DNA of 63,023 nt, taken from Gemmatimonadota bacterium (lineage in GTDB: Bacteria; Gemmatimonadota; Gemmatimonadetes; Longimicrobiales; RSA9). The DNA lies in the NCBI GenBank assembly GCA_040905425.1, contig JBBDRO010000100.1:1-63023 (forward strand), given 5' to 3'. Both the position numbers and the translations under genes were made by a program. A model generated the notes under the pieces. That model searched no databases. It was given only the letters and a program-made list of their open reading frames with translations, and had not been told where the DNA came from. This document shows positions 49,622 to 59,392 of the stretch, piece after piece. Position 1 is the first letter of the stretch; every line of letters begins with the position of its first letter.

Positions 49622-50349
49622 AGGAGTTTGCCATCATCACGTTTCCGGGCTCCAACTGCGACTACGACTGCTACCGGGCGGTGCGTGACGTGGCCGGGCA
49701 GGAAGCGCGTTTCGTCTGGCATCGAGAGACGGAGCTGGGCGCGTGCGACGCCGTGGTCCTGCCGGGCGGGTTCAGCTACGGGGACTATCTGCGGGCCGGC
49801 GCCATTGCCCGCTTCAGCCCGATCATGCCGGCGGTGCTGGAGTTCGCCCGGGCGGGGGGGCTGGTGCTGGGCGTCTGCAACGGCTTCCAGGTGCTCTGTG
49901 AGGCGCACGTCCTGCCCGGCGCGCTGGTGCGGAACCGCTCGCTCAAGTTCCAGGGTGAGAGCGTGCGCCTGCGGGTCGAGCGCACCGACACCGCCTTCAC
50001 CAACGCGTACGAACAGGGCCAGTTGCTCGAGCTGGAGATTGCCCACGGGCAGGGCAACTACGTGGCGGACGAGGACACGCTCGACCAGCTGGAGGACGAG
50101 GGTCGCGTGATCTTCCGGTACGTGGACGCCGCGGGCGAGCCCACCGACGCCGGCAACCCGAACGGCTCGCTACGCAACATCGCCGGCATCATCAACCGGG
50201 AGGGCAACGTGCTGGGGCTCATGCCCCATCCCGAACGGTGCGTGGAGGCGCTGCTCGGCTCCACGGACGGGAAGCCGCTCTTCGACTCGCTGGTGCGGTC
50301 CTTGAACGGGGTCTGGCAGCCGGGCGCTGCGCCGGCGGAGAGGGCCTGA
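49618..50349 (+). CDS. purQ: FGAM synthase subunit PurQ
   Basis: [30 protein letters not shown]; start GTG at 49618. Confidence 0.96.
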   Translation: MKEFAIITFPGSNCDYDCYRAVRDVAGQEARFVWHRETELGACDAVVLPGGFSYGDYLRAGAIARFSPIMPAVLEFARAGGLVLGVCNGFQVLCEAHVLPGALVRNRSLKFQGESVRLRVERTDTAFTNAYEQGQLLELEIAHGQGNYVADEDTLDQLEDEGRVIFRYVDAAGEPTDAGNPNGSLRNIAGIINREGNVLGLMPHPERCVEALLGSTDGKPLFDSLVRSLNGVWQPGAAPAERA

Positions 50350-52622
50350 TGGCCACGACCCCGAGCGCACCGGCCCCCCGTCCCGGCGACCCCGAGATCA
50401 CACCCGCCCTGGTGGCGGAGCACGGCCTCTCGGAGGATGAGTACGATCGCATCCTGGACGTGGTGGGACGCGGTCTGACCTACACCGAACTGGGGCTCTT
50501 CAGCGCGCTCTGGTCGGAGCACTGCGGGTACAAGAATTCGCGGCCGTTGCTCAAGACCCTCCCCACGGAGGCTCCCTGGGTGCTGCAGGGGCCCGGCGAG
50601 AACGCCGGCGTGATCGACATCGGCGACGGCCAGGCGCTGGCCTTCAAGATCGAATCCCACAACCACCCGTCGGCCGTGGAGCCCTATCAGGGCGCGGCCA
50701 CCGGTGTGGGAGGGATCCTGCGGGACGTCTTCACCATGGGGGCGCGCCCCATTGCCGTGCTGGATTCCCTCCGCTTCGGATCCCTGGCGCGGCCGCGTGT
50801 ACGGTGGCTGGTGGCCGGCGTCGTGAAGGGGATCGGCGACTACGGGAACTGCGTGGGCATACCGAACATCGGCGGCGAGGCGTGGTTCGACGACGCCTAC
50901 GAGGGCAACCCGCTGGTCAACGCCATGGCCATCGGCATCATGAAGCGGGAGGAGTTGATCCGCGCCGAGGCGTCGGGACCCGGCAACCCCATCCTGGCCG
51001 TGGGCGCGCGCACCGGCCGGGACGGTATCCACGGCGCCACCTTCGCCTCCGAGGAACTCTCCGAGGAGACGGAGGCCAGCCGGCCGCAGGTGCAGGTGGG
51101 CGATCCGTTCACGGAAAAGCTGCTGCTCGAGGCGTCCCTGGAGCTCATTCGCAGCGGGCACATCGTGGGCATCCAGGACATGGGCGCGGCCGGGCTGGCC
51201 TCCTCGTCCACCGAGATGGCGGCGCGTTCGGGCACCGGGGTGGACATTGACACGTCGCTGGTGCCGGCGCGTGAGGAGGGGATGACGCCTTACGAGCTGC
51301 TGCTCTCGGAATCCCAGGAACGCATGCTGGTGGTGGCCAGGGCCGGCCACGAGGAGGACGTGAAGCGCATTCTGCAGAAGTGGGAGCTGGAAGCGGCGGT
51401 CATCGGCCAGGTCACGGACGACGGCCTCTACCGCGTGCGCGAGAACGGTGTGGTGGTGGCGGAATTGCCCGGTGCACCGCTGGTCACGGGCTGCCCCACC
51501 TACGTGCGGGAGGGCCGGGAGGATCCCGCGGTCACACGCCTGCGTGACTGGCAGCCCGACGCCGCCATCCTGGAGCCGGCCGCGCGCCACCCGAAGAAGA
51601 TCCTGCTGCGCCTCCTGGCAGCGCCCAACATAGCCAGCAAGGCGTGGATCTATCGGCAGTACGATTCCACCGTACGCACGAACACGGTCACGCCGCCCGG
51701 TGGGGACGCCGGGGTACTGCGCGTGCGGGGCAGCAGCCGCGGCATTGCCGCCACGGTGGACTGCAACAGCCGCTACGTCTATCTGAATCCGCACCGCGGG
51801 GCCATGGCGGCCGTGGCGGAAGCGGCGCGCAACCTGGCCTGCGTGGGCGCCCGCCCGCGCGCCATCACGAACAATCTGAATTTTGGGAATCCGCTCAAGC
51901 CCGAGGTCTACTACCAGTTGAAGGAGGCGGTGGCGGGGATGGGCGAGGCGTGCCGCGCCTTCGACACGCCCGTGACGGGCGGCAACGTGTCCCTGTACAA
52001 CGAGAGCCCCACCGGAGCCATCTACCCCACGCCCGTGATCGGTATGGTGGGCGTGCTCGAGGACGTGTCGCGCGCCGTGGGGCTGGCGTTCCGGGAAGCC
52101 GGTGATGCCGTACTACTGCTCGGCCGCAACACGCACGAACTGGGCGGCTCCGAGTACCTCAAGGTCGTGCACGGTCTGGTGGCGGGCAACGCTCCCGCGG
52201 TGGACCTGGTGCAGGAGCGGGCACTCCAGGAGGCGCTGATCGGTCTGGCCGAGGCAGGCCTCACCCGCAGCGCGCACGACTGCTCCGAGGGAGGCCTGGC
52301 CGTGTGCCTGGCGGAGTGCGCCATGGCTTCGGGCCTGGGCCTCGATGCCACGCTCACCGACGAGATCCCCGCCGCGCCGCTCCTCTTCGGCGAGGCGCAG
52401 GGACGCGTCGTGTTGACCTGCGCCCCCGCCGATGTCCCGGACGTCGTCGAGGCGATCACCCGGCACGGCGTGCCCGTTCAGGAGATCGGCCGCGTGGCCG
52501 CTCGGGGTGCCCCCTTCGTGCTACGCGCCGGAGTGCTTACACTGGAAGCCTCGGTAGACGACCTGGCCGAAGTCTGGAACGGGGCCATCCCACGCCTCAT
52601 GGAACGAAGCGATACGTTGTGA
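50349..52622 (+). CDS. purL: FGAM synthase subunit PurL
   Basis: [28 protein letters not shown]. Confidence 0.97.
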   Translation: MATTPSAPAPRPGDPEITPALVAEHGLSEDEYDRILDVVGRGLTYTELGLFSALWSEHCGYKNSRPLLKTLPTEAPWVLQGPGENAGVIDIGDGQALAFKIESHNHPSAVEPYQGAATGVGGILRDVFTMGARPIAVLDSLRFGSLARPRVRWLVAGVVKGIGDYGNCVGIPNIGGEAWFDDAYEGNPLVNAMAIGIMKREELIRAEASGPGNPILAVGARTGRDGIHGATFASEELSEETEASRPQVQVGDPFTEKLLLEASLELIRSGHIVGIQDMGAAGLASSSTEMAARSGTGVDIDTSLVPAREEGMTPYELLLSESQERMLVVARAGHEEDVKRILQKWELEAAVIGQVTDDGLYRVRENGVVVAELPGAPLVTGCPTYVREGREDPAVTRLRDWQPDAAILEPAARHPKKILLRLLAAPNIASKAWIYRQYDSTVRTNTVTPPGGDAGVLRVRGSSRGIAATVDCNSRYVYLNPHRGAMAAVAEAARNLACVGARPRAITNNLNFGNPLKPEVYYQLKEAVAGMGEACRAFDTPVTGGNVSLYNESPTGAIYPTPVIGMVGVLEDVSRAVGLAFREAGDAVLLLGRNTHELGGSEYLKVVHGLVAGNAPAVDLVQERALQEALIGLAEAGLTRSAHDCSEGGLAVCLAECAMASGLGLDATLTDEIPAAPLLFGEAQGRVVLTCAPADVPDVVEAITRHGVPVQEIGRVAARGAPFVLRAGVLTLEASVDDLAEVWNGAIPRLMERSDTL

Positions 52623-52666
52623 ACTGGAAACCGCAAGTGCCGCCCCCCGTCAGGGAGCCGTAGGAC

Positions 52667-54046
52667 ATGTGTGGAATCGTGGGAGTGGCGGGTGCGCCCG
52701 ATGCGGCGCGGCTGGCTTATCTGGGTCTCTACGCGTTGCAGCACCGCGGTCAGGAGGCCGCCGGCATCTCGGCGATCACGGCCGACGGGCAGGCTCGCCT
52801 GCACAAGGCCGAAGGACTGGTCGTCGAGGGCTTCAACGACACCGTGCTGGGCCGGCTGGAGGGCGACGTGGCACTGGGCCACGTGCGCTACTCCACGGCC
52901 GGCGGCGCGGGGTTGACCAACGCGCAGCCCCTCCTGACGCGCTATCACCAGGGTGACATGACCCTGGTGCACAACGGCAACATCACCAACGCCCGCACGC
53001 TGCGGGACGAGCTGGTGCGGGAGGGGGCGCTCTTCCAGACCAATGTGGATTCGGAGGTGATCGTTCACCTCATCGCCCGCTCGCGGGCCCACACCGTCGA
53101 CGAGCAGATCCGCGAAGCGCTGGCCCAGCTCACGGGCGCCTACTCCGTCATCATCACCGTGGGCAGGACGCTCTACGCGGCGCGGGATCCGTGGGGCTAC
53201 CGTCCGCTCGTGCTGGGCCGCATCGACGGGGGCTGGATGCTGGCCAGCGAGACCTGCGCCATGGATCTCATCGGTGCGCAGATCGAGTGCCCGCTGGAGC
53301 CGGGCGAACTGCTGGCGGTGGACGACGGACACGTGCGCCACCTGGAGCCGCTGGAACCGGCGCGGCGTGCGCAGGCCTGCATCTTCGAGCTCATCTACTT
53401 CGCGCGCCCTGACTCGCGGATCTGGGGCGCGAGCGTGGACCGCGCCCGCCGCGCGTTCGGCCGCCAGTTGGCGCGTGAACAGCCGGCCGAGGCGGACTGC
53501 GTCTTCAGCGTCCCCGACTCCTCCAACTCGGCGGCGCTGGGCTACGCCGAGCACAGCGGGATCCCGCTGGAGCTGGGGCTCATCCGCAATCACTACGTGG
53601 GCCGCACCTTCATCCATCCCACCCAGGCGGAGCGGGACTTCCGCGTACGCGTGAAATACAATCCGGTCCGCGAGGTGATCGACGGGAAGCGGGTGGTCGT
53701 GGTGGACGACTCGTTGGTACGTGGCACCACCAGCCGGGCGCTCATTGCCCTCATCCGGGAGGCGGGGGCACGCGAAGTGCACTTTCGCGTTTCCAGTCCG
53801 CCGGTCATTTCGCCGTGCTATTACGGCATCGACATGCCCACCAAGGAGGAGTTGATCGGCTCCCGCCTGTCGGTGGAAGAGATCCGCCAGCATCTCGACG
53901 TGGACTCGCTGGGCTACCTGTCGCTGCAGGGCATGCACAGCGCCGTGGCAGAGTTCGGCCCGTTCTGCGACGCTTGCTTCTCGGGTGACTACATGGCGCC
54001 GCTCGTGGATATTCAGATGGGCAAGGGAGGCTCCTCCCACTGCTGA
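52667..54046 (+). CDS. purF: amidophosphoribosyltransferase
   Basis: MCGIVG, QHRGQE, VDDSLVRGTT, YYGIDMP. Confidence 0.97.
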   Translation: MCGIVGVAGAPDAARLAYLGLYALQHRGQEAAGISAITADGQARLHKAEGLVVEGFNDTVLGRLEGDVALGHVRYSTAGGAGLTNAQPLLTRYHQGDMTLVHNGNITNARTLRDELVREGALFQTNVDSEVIVHLIARSRAHTVDEQIREALAQLTGAYSVIITVGRTLYAARDPWGYRPLVLGRIDGGWMLASETCAMDLIGAQIECPLEPGELLAVDDGHVRHLEPLEPARRAQACIFELIYFARPDSRIWGASVDRARRAFGRQLAREQPAEADCVFSVPDSSNSAALGYAEHSGIPLELGLIRNHYVGRTFIHPTQAERDFRVRVKYNPVREVIDGKRVVVVDDSLVRGTTSRALIALIREAGAREVHFRVSSPPVISPCYYGIDMPTKEELIGSRLSVEEIRQHLDVDSLGYLSLQGMHSAVAEFGPFCDACFSGDYMAPLVDIQMGKGGSSHC

Positions 54047-54061
54047 ACTGAGAGGATGTGG

Positions 54062-56806
54062 ATGGCCAAGTTCGTCTATTATTTCGGGCCGGGTGGTGCG
54101 GACGGCAGTCGCGAGGACAAGCTCCTGCTGGGCGGTAAGGGCGCCAATCTGGCGGAAATGGCGCGCATCGGAGTGCCGGTGCCGCCGGGCTTCACCCTCA
54201 CGACCGAGGTGTGCCGCCTCTTTCTGCGTAACCATCGATACCCCGCCGGCCTGGAGGAGCAGGTAGGCCAGGCCATGCGGCGCATGGAGGCGGAAACCGG
54301 CAAGGGCTTCGGCGCCAACGGGGACCCGCTACTGGTATCGGTGCGTAGCGGCGCCTCCGTGTCCATGCCCGGCATGATGGACACCATCCTCAATCTGGGG
54401 CTGAACGACAGCACCGTGGGGACGCTGGCCGAAGCCGCCGGCGACCCCCGCTTTGCCTTCGACTCCTACCGCCGCTTCGTGCAGATGTACGGTGAAGTGG
54501 TGCTCGGCATGCCGCACGCCGTCTTCGACGACCTCCTGGAGGAGGCCAAGACGGCCCGCGGCGTGAACGCGGACACCGGGCTCACGGCCGACGACCTGGA
54601 GGGGCTCGTGCAGCGCTTCAAGGATGCCGTGCGGAGCCATACGGGCCAGGCCTTCCCGGAGGATCCGGAGGTCCAGCTCTGGGGCGCGATCGAGGCCGTC
54701 TTCCGCTCCTGGAACGTGGCGCGCGCGGTGGCCTACCGGCGCGTCCACGGCATACCGGACTACCTGGGCACCGCGGTGAACGTGGTGGCCATGGTCTATG
54801 GCAACATGGGGGAGGACTCGGGCACCGGCGTTGCCTTCACACGTAATCCATCCACGGGCGAGCGCAAATTCTTCGGCGAGTTCCTGGTCAACGCGCAGGG
54901 GGAGGACGTGGTAGCGGGCATCCGCACGCCGCTCTCCATTGAACAGATGGCGGACCGCCTGCCGGGCGCCTACGAACGGCTGCTCGAAGTGCAGGACAGG
55001 CTGGAGCGCCACTTCGCGGACATGCAGGACCTGGAGTTCACGGTCGAACGCGGCACGCTTTACCTGCTGCAGGCGCGCACGGGCAAGCGCACCGCGCGGG
55101 CCGCCGTGCGCATTGCCGTGGAGATGGTGGACGAAGGGCTCCTGGACCCCGCGACCGCGGTGCTCAGGGTGGACGCGGACCAGCTCGAGCATCTGCTGCA
55201 CCCCCGCCTCGACCCGGCGGCGGAGACCACCCTGCTGGTGAAGGGGCTGCCCGCCTCACCCGGTGCGGCCTCGGGGAATCTGGTGCTGGACCCGGAGGAG
55301 GCGCTGGCCCGTGGCAACGCCGGCGAGGACGTGATCCTGGTACGTCCGGAGACCTCACCGGACGATTTCCAGGCCATGGTGGCCGCCCGCGCCATCGTCA
55401 CCGTGCGCGGCGGCATGACATCCCACGCCGCCGTCGTGGCCCGGGGCATGGGCAAGTGCTGCGTGGCGGGCGCCAGCGAGCTGCGCATCGACATGGAGCG
55501 GGGTCTGATCTCGGCACACGGCGTGGAGGTCCGCGCCGGCGAGCGCATCACCGTGGACGGCACCACGGGGTGCCTGCTCGTGGGCGACGTGCGGACCGTG
55601 GAGCCCGAGTTGGATGAACATTTCCACCGGCTCATGGGCTGGGCCGACGAGCGGCGCCGGCTCGGCGTGCGCGCCAACGCCGACACGCCACTCGATGCCG
55701 CCCGCGCACGGGAGCTCGGCGCCGAGGGCATCGGCCTGTGCAGGACCGAGCACATGTTCTTCGAGGGGGACCGCATCCAGGCCGTACGGGAGATGATCCT
55801 GGCGGAGACCCCCGAGGCGCGACGGGCCGCGCTGGCCCGGCTCGGCCCCATGCAGCGCGAGGATTTCGAGGGGATCTTCCGGGCCATGGACGGCTTGCCG
55901 GTCACCGTGCGTCTGCTCGACCCGCCGCTGCATGAGTTTCTGCCGGGAGACGAACACGAGGTGGCCAGCTTCGCGCGCGCCGCGGGCGTAACGCCCGAGC
56001 GTGTGCGACGCCTGCTGGAGCTCCATTACGAAACCAACCCGATGCTGGGACACCGGGGAGTAAGGCTCTCGATCTCCCACCCGGAGCTGCCCGAAATGCA
56101 GGCGCGCGCCATCTTCGAGGCCGCGGTGAACGTGCACCGTGAGGGTGTGGACGTCCGCCCGGAGATCATGGTGCCGCTGGTGGGTGACGTGCGCGAACTC
56201 ACGCCGCAGCGGCGCCGCATCGACGCTGTGGCCGAAGAGGTGTTCGCGGCGAGCGGGGTCACCCTGCCCTATCTGGTGGGCACGATGATCGAGCTGCCCA
56301 GAGCCGCCCTCACCGCCGGCGAGATCGCGCGCGACGCCGACTTCTTCTCCTTCGGCACCAATGACCTGACCCAGACCACGTACGGCATCTCCAGAGACGA
56401 CGCGGGCAGTTTTCTGCCCCGCTACCTGGAGGAGGGCATCTTCCAGGCGGATCCCTTCCAGGTGCTGGATCGCGAGGGCGTGGGCCAGCTGGTGCAGATG
56501 GGCACGTGGGAAGGGCGCCAGCGCCGCCCCAGCCTGAAGGTGGGAATCTGCGGCGAGCACGGCGGCGATCCGTCCTCCGTGGAATTCTTCCACGAAGCGG
56601 GCCTGGACTATGTCTCCTGCTCACCGTTCCGGCTGCCGGTGGCGCGCCTCGCGGCGGCGCACGCGGCGCTGCGCAACCTGCCGGCGCCGCGGGCGGACAT
56701 CGATCGCCGGGTACAACGAGCCGAGTCGGCTGGCCAGGAGGACGTGGCACGGGTGGAACGTTCGCACGGGGAAAAGCCGGCGGCCGGGCCGAACCCCGCC
56801 CCGTGA
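54062..56806 (+). CDS. ppdK: pyruvate, phosphate dikinase
   Basis: LGGKGANL, GGMTSHAAVVARG, GLCRTEHMF, GTNDLTQ. Confidence 0.97.
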   Translation: MAKFVYYFGPGGADGSREDKLLLGGKGANLAEMARIGVPVPPGFTLTTEVCRLFLRNHRYPAGLEEQVGQAMRRMEAETGKGFGANGDPLLVSVRSGASVSMPGMMDTILNLGLNDSTVGTLAEAAGDPRFAFDSYRRFVQMYGEVVLGMPHAVFDDLLEEAKTARGVNADTGLTADDLEGLVQRFKDAVRSHTGQAFPEDPEVQLWGAIEAVFRSWNVARAVAYRRVHGIPDYLGTAVNVVAMVYGNMGEDSGTGVAFTRNPSTGERKFFGEFLVNAQGEDVVAGIRTPLSIEQMADRLPGAYERLLEVQDRLERHFADMQDLEFTVERGTLYLLQARTGKRTARAAVRIAVEMVDEGLLDPATAVLRVDADQLEHLLHPRLDPAAETTLLVKGLPASPGAASGNLVLDPEEALARGNAGEDVILVRPETSPDDFQAMVAARAIVTVRGGMTSHAAVVARGMGKCCVAGASELRIDMERGLISAHGVEVRAGERITVDGTTGCLLVGDVRTVEPELDEHFHRLMGWADERRRLGVRANADTPLDAARARELGAEGIGLCRTEHMFFEGDRIQAVREMILAETPEARRAALARLGPMQREDFEGIFRAMDGLPVTVRLLDPPLHEFLPGDEHEVASFARAAGVTPERVRRLLELHYETNPMLGHRGVRLSISHPELPEMQARAIFEAAVNVHREGVDVRPEIMVPLVGDVRELTPQRRRIDAVAEEVFAASGVTLPYLVGTMIELPRAALTAGEIARDADFFSFGTNDLTQTTYGISRDDAGSFLPRYLEEGIFQADPFQVLDREGVGQLVQMGTWEGRQRRPSLKVGICGEHGGDPSSVEFFHEAGLDYVSCSPFRLPVARLAAAHAALRNLPAPRADIDRRVQRAESAGQEDVARVERSHGEKPAAGPNPAP

Positions 56807-57843
56807 GCGGCGGCGTGACCGCGGAGCACCTCCGCGCACTGCCCAAGACCGATCTCCACGTCCATCTCGATGGTTCACTCCGTCCGGCCACCATGCTGGA
56901 TCTGGCCGACGACCTGGGCGTACGTCTACCGGCCGCGAGCGCACCGGCGCTGGCCGAGCACATGCACGTTCGGCAGGGTCGGGACCTGGTGGATTACCTG
57001 GCCCGCTTCGAGATCACCCTGCAACTCATGCAGACGCCGGCCGCGCTGGAGCGGATCGCTTACGAGCTAGCCGCCGATGCCGCGGCGGAAAACGTCCGCT
57101 ACATGGAGGTCCGCTGGTCACCGCTGCTGAATGCGCGCGGTGGACTCTCGCTGGAGGAAGCGCTGGAGGCCCCCCTGCGGGGGCTGCGCCGTGCGGAGCG
57201 TGATTTCTCGATCCGCACCGCGGCCGTGATCTGCGGACTGCGCCACCTCGAACCCATGGAGAACGTGCGCCTTGCCGAACTGGCGGCGGCGTACCGCGAC
57301 CGGGGCGTGGTGGCCTTCGACCTCGCGGGGGCGGAGCACGGATACCCGCCGACCGATCACATTGCCGCGTTCGACGTGGCCGCCGATGCGCACCTGGCTA
57401 TCACCATTCACGCGGGCGAGGCCTACGGCCCGCCGTCGATCCACGAGGCCATTCACCGCTGTCACGCCCGCCGTATCGGCCATGGTACCCGGCTGCACGA
57501 GGATCCCGCGCTCATGCGCTTCGTGAACGATCACCGGATCCCGCTGGAAATCTGCCTCACATCGAACGTGCAGACGCGGGCCGTGGCCGCGCTGCGGGAC
57601 CACCCGCTCCGGCTCTATTACGACCAGGGCCTGGTGGTCACGCTGAACACCGACAATCGTTTGATGAGCGGCACTACCGTCACGCAGGAGTACGTGCGCG
57701 CGCATGAGCAGCTGGGCCTGAGCTGGACGGCGCTCACCGAGATCGCATTGGACGGCTTCAGAAGCGCGTTTCTGCCCCATGAGGAGCGTGTGGCCCTGGT
57801 GGCGGAGGTGGAAGCGGAAATTACGCGCTTGGCAGCTGTCTGA
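56803..57843 (+). CDS. add: adenosine deaminase
   Basis: LHVHLDGS, HAGE, RIGHG, NTDN. Confidence 0.92.
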   Translation: MSGGVTAEHLRALPKTDLHVHLDGSLRPATMLDLADDLGVRLPAASAPALAEHMHVRQGRDLVDYLARFEITLQLMQTPAALERIAYELAADAAAENVRYMEVRWSPLLNARGGLSLEEALEAPLRGLRRAERDFSIRTAAVICGLRHLEPMENVRLAELAAAYRDRGVVAFDLAGAEHGYPPTDHIAAFDVAADAHLAITIHAGEAYGPPSIHEAIHRCHARRIGHGTRLHEDPALMRFVNDHRIPLEICLTSNVQTRAVAALRDHPLRLYYDQGLVVTLNTDNRLMSGTTVTQEYVRAHEQLGLSWTALTEIALDGFRSAFLPHEERVALVAEVEAEITRLAAV

Positions 57844-57847
57844 CGCC

Positions 57848-58876
57848 TCAACGCCCCGTCAGCGCCTCTTCCCGCAGAAATTCCTCGGCCAGATCCACGT
57901 AGGCGCTCGCGCCAATGTAGAGCGGCGTGCGCTGGTGCAGTTCGGTCGGCACGATATCCAGAATGTCGGATTCCCCATCCGACGCCCGGCCGCCGGCCGC
58001 CTCACAGAGTAGTGCCAGGGGCGCGGCCTCGTAGAGAAGGCGCAGCTTCCCCGATGCGTTCTTCCGATCGGGGGGATACATGAACAGCCCGCCATACAGC
58101 AGGTTGCGATGAAAATCGGCCACGAGCGAGCCGATGTAGCGCCCCGAAAAAGGATCGTGATTCTGCCCGTCGGTCCCCTTGAGGTGCTCGACCAAACGCC
58201 GCTGAGGCTCGGACCAACGGGAGGTGTTGCCCTCGTTGACACTGTAGGTGCGTTGCGGCGGCTCCGGAATGCGGATGTTCGGGTGGCTGAGCAGGAATTC
58301 GCCGATCGAGGGGTCCAGAGTGAATCCGTGCACCCCGCGACCGGTCGTGTACACCAGCATCGTGGAGGAGCCGTACACGATGTAACCGGCGGCCACCTGT
58401 TTGCGGCCCACCTGCAGGCAGTCTTCCAGCGTGCCGTCCCTGCCGCCGGAGACCTTTCGATGAATCGAGAAGATCGTGCCGATGGAGACGTTGGCGTCGA
58501 TGTTCGATGAGCCGTCCAGCGGATCGTACAGCAGCACGTAGTTCCCGGTCTGGAACTTGGCCGGGATGGTGAGGATCCCCTCCGCCTCCTCGGAGGCCAT
58601 GCAGCACAGATGGCCGCAGTGGTCCAGGGCCTTGTAGATGGCCTCATGCGCCCAGATGTCGAGCTTCTTGACCTGCTCCCCATGCACGTTGCGCTCGTCC
58701 GTACCGCCCAGGATGTCCACGAGCCCGGCCATGTTGACCTCGCGCGCAATGAGCTTGGCGGCAAAGGCCAGGTCATAGAGGATGGTGCTGAAGGCCCCCG
58801 TTGCCTCGGGGTACTTCCGCTCCTCATCGGTGATATGCCGCTCGATGGTCACCACGGTCCCATTATGATTGGCCAT
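57848..58876 (-). CDS. fbp: class 1 fructose-1,6-bisphosphatase
   Basis: DPLDGSSNID, RYIGSLVADFHR, GKLRLLYEA; start ATG at 58876. Confidence 0.96.
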   Translation of the reverse strand: MANHNGTVVTIERHITDEERKYPEATGAFSTILYDLAFAAKLIAREVNMAGLVDILGGTDERNVHGEQVKKLDIWAHEAIYKALDHCGHLCCMASEEAEGILTIPAKFQTGNYVLLYDPLDGSSNIDANVSIGTIFSIHRKVSGGRDGTLEDCLQVGRKQVAAGYIVYGSSTMLVYTTGRGVHGFTLDPSIGEFLLSHPNIRIPEPPQRTYSVNEGNTSRWSEPQRRLVEHLKGTDGQNHDPFSGRYIGSLVADFHRNLLYGGLFMYPPDRKNASGKLRLLYEAAPLALLCEAAGGRASDGESDILDIVPTELHQRTPLYIGASAYVDLAEEFLREEALTGR

Positions 58877-59279
58877 GGTTTTCTCCTGACTGGCGGGTTT
58901 CGGCGTCTCCGGTGGCACACCCCTCGGCGTCCCCGGACTCGGCGGCACGGGCCGCTACTTCGTATGGATTCCTGGCGTAACCGTACTGCGCGTGACGCGC
59001 GATGTACAGCAGGGGAAAAAGGAAGGGCCGCTCGTCCCACTGGCGCGTATGCGCCAGTTCGTGGCGCAGCAGTCGTGCCGTGAGGCGCGCCTCGGGATGG
59101 ACCACGATGGTGCGTCCCAGGGTCACCGCGGCGGCCGGGCGCCCCATGCCCGAGAGCCTGCCGCCGAGCGCCGGGATCCACCGCCCCCGCACCACCCGCA
59201 CACCTTCCGGAACGGCAACGGGTAACCGCGGCTCGGGCCTGCCGGCCGCCGCGCTCATCAACCGGCCGAGGATCGCCAC
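58863..59279 (-). CDS. DUF4157-like HExxH protein
   Basis: AVTLGRTI, LLRHELAHTRQW, NPYEVAA. Confidence 0.75.
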   Translation of the reverse strand: MAILGRLMSAAAGRPEPRLPVAVPEGVRVVRGRWIPALGGRLSGMGRPAAAVTLGRTIVVHPEARLTARLLRHELAHTRQWDERPFLFPLLYIARHAQYGYARNPYEVAARAAESGDAEGCATGDAETRQSGENHGQS

Positions 59280-59347
59280 GGCACCTCCCGATGCGCCCGT
59301 GCCCGACCGCGTGGCCGGGCACTTCGTTGTCCCCTGTTGCGGCCGCC

Positions 59348-59376
59348 AGTGTAGGTGCGAGCGCCGCGACAGTCAA
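59348..59376 (-). promoter_or_regulatory. sigma70-type promoter for the DUF4157-fbp unit
   Basis: TTGACT-17 nt-TACACT on the minus strand; 5'UTR hairpin at 59299-59322. Confidence 0.6.
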
Positions 59377-59392
59377 CCGCACGGCGACCGCG

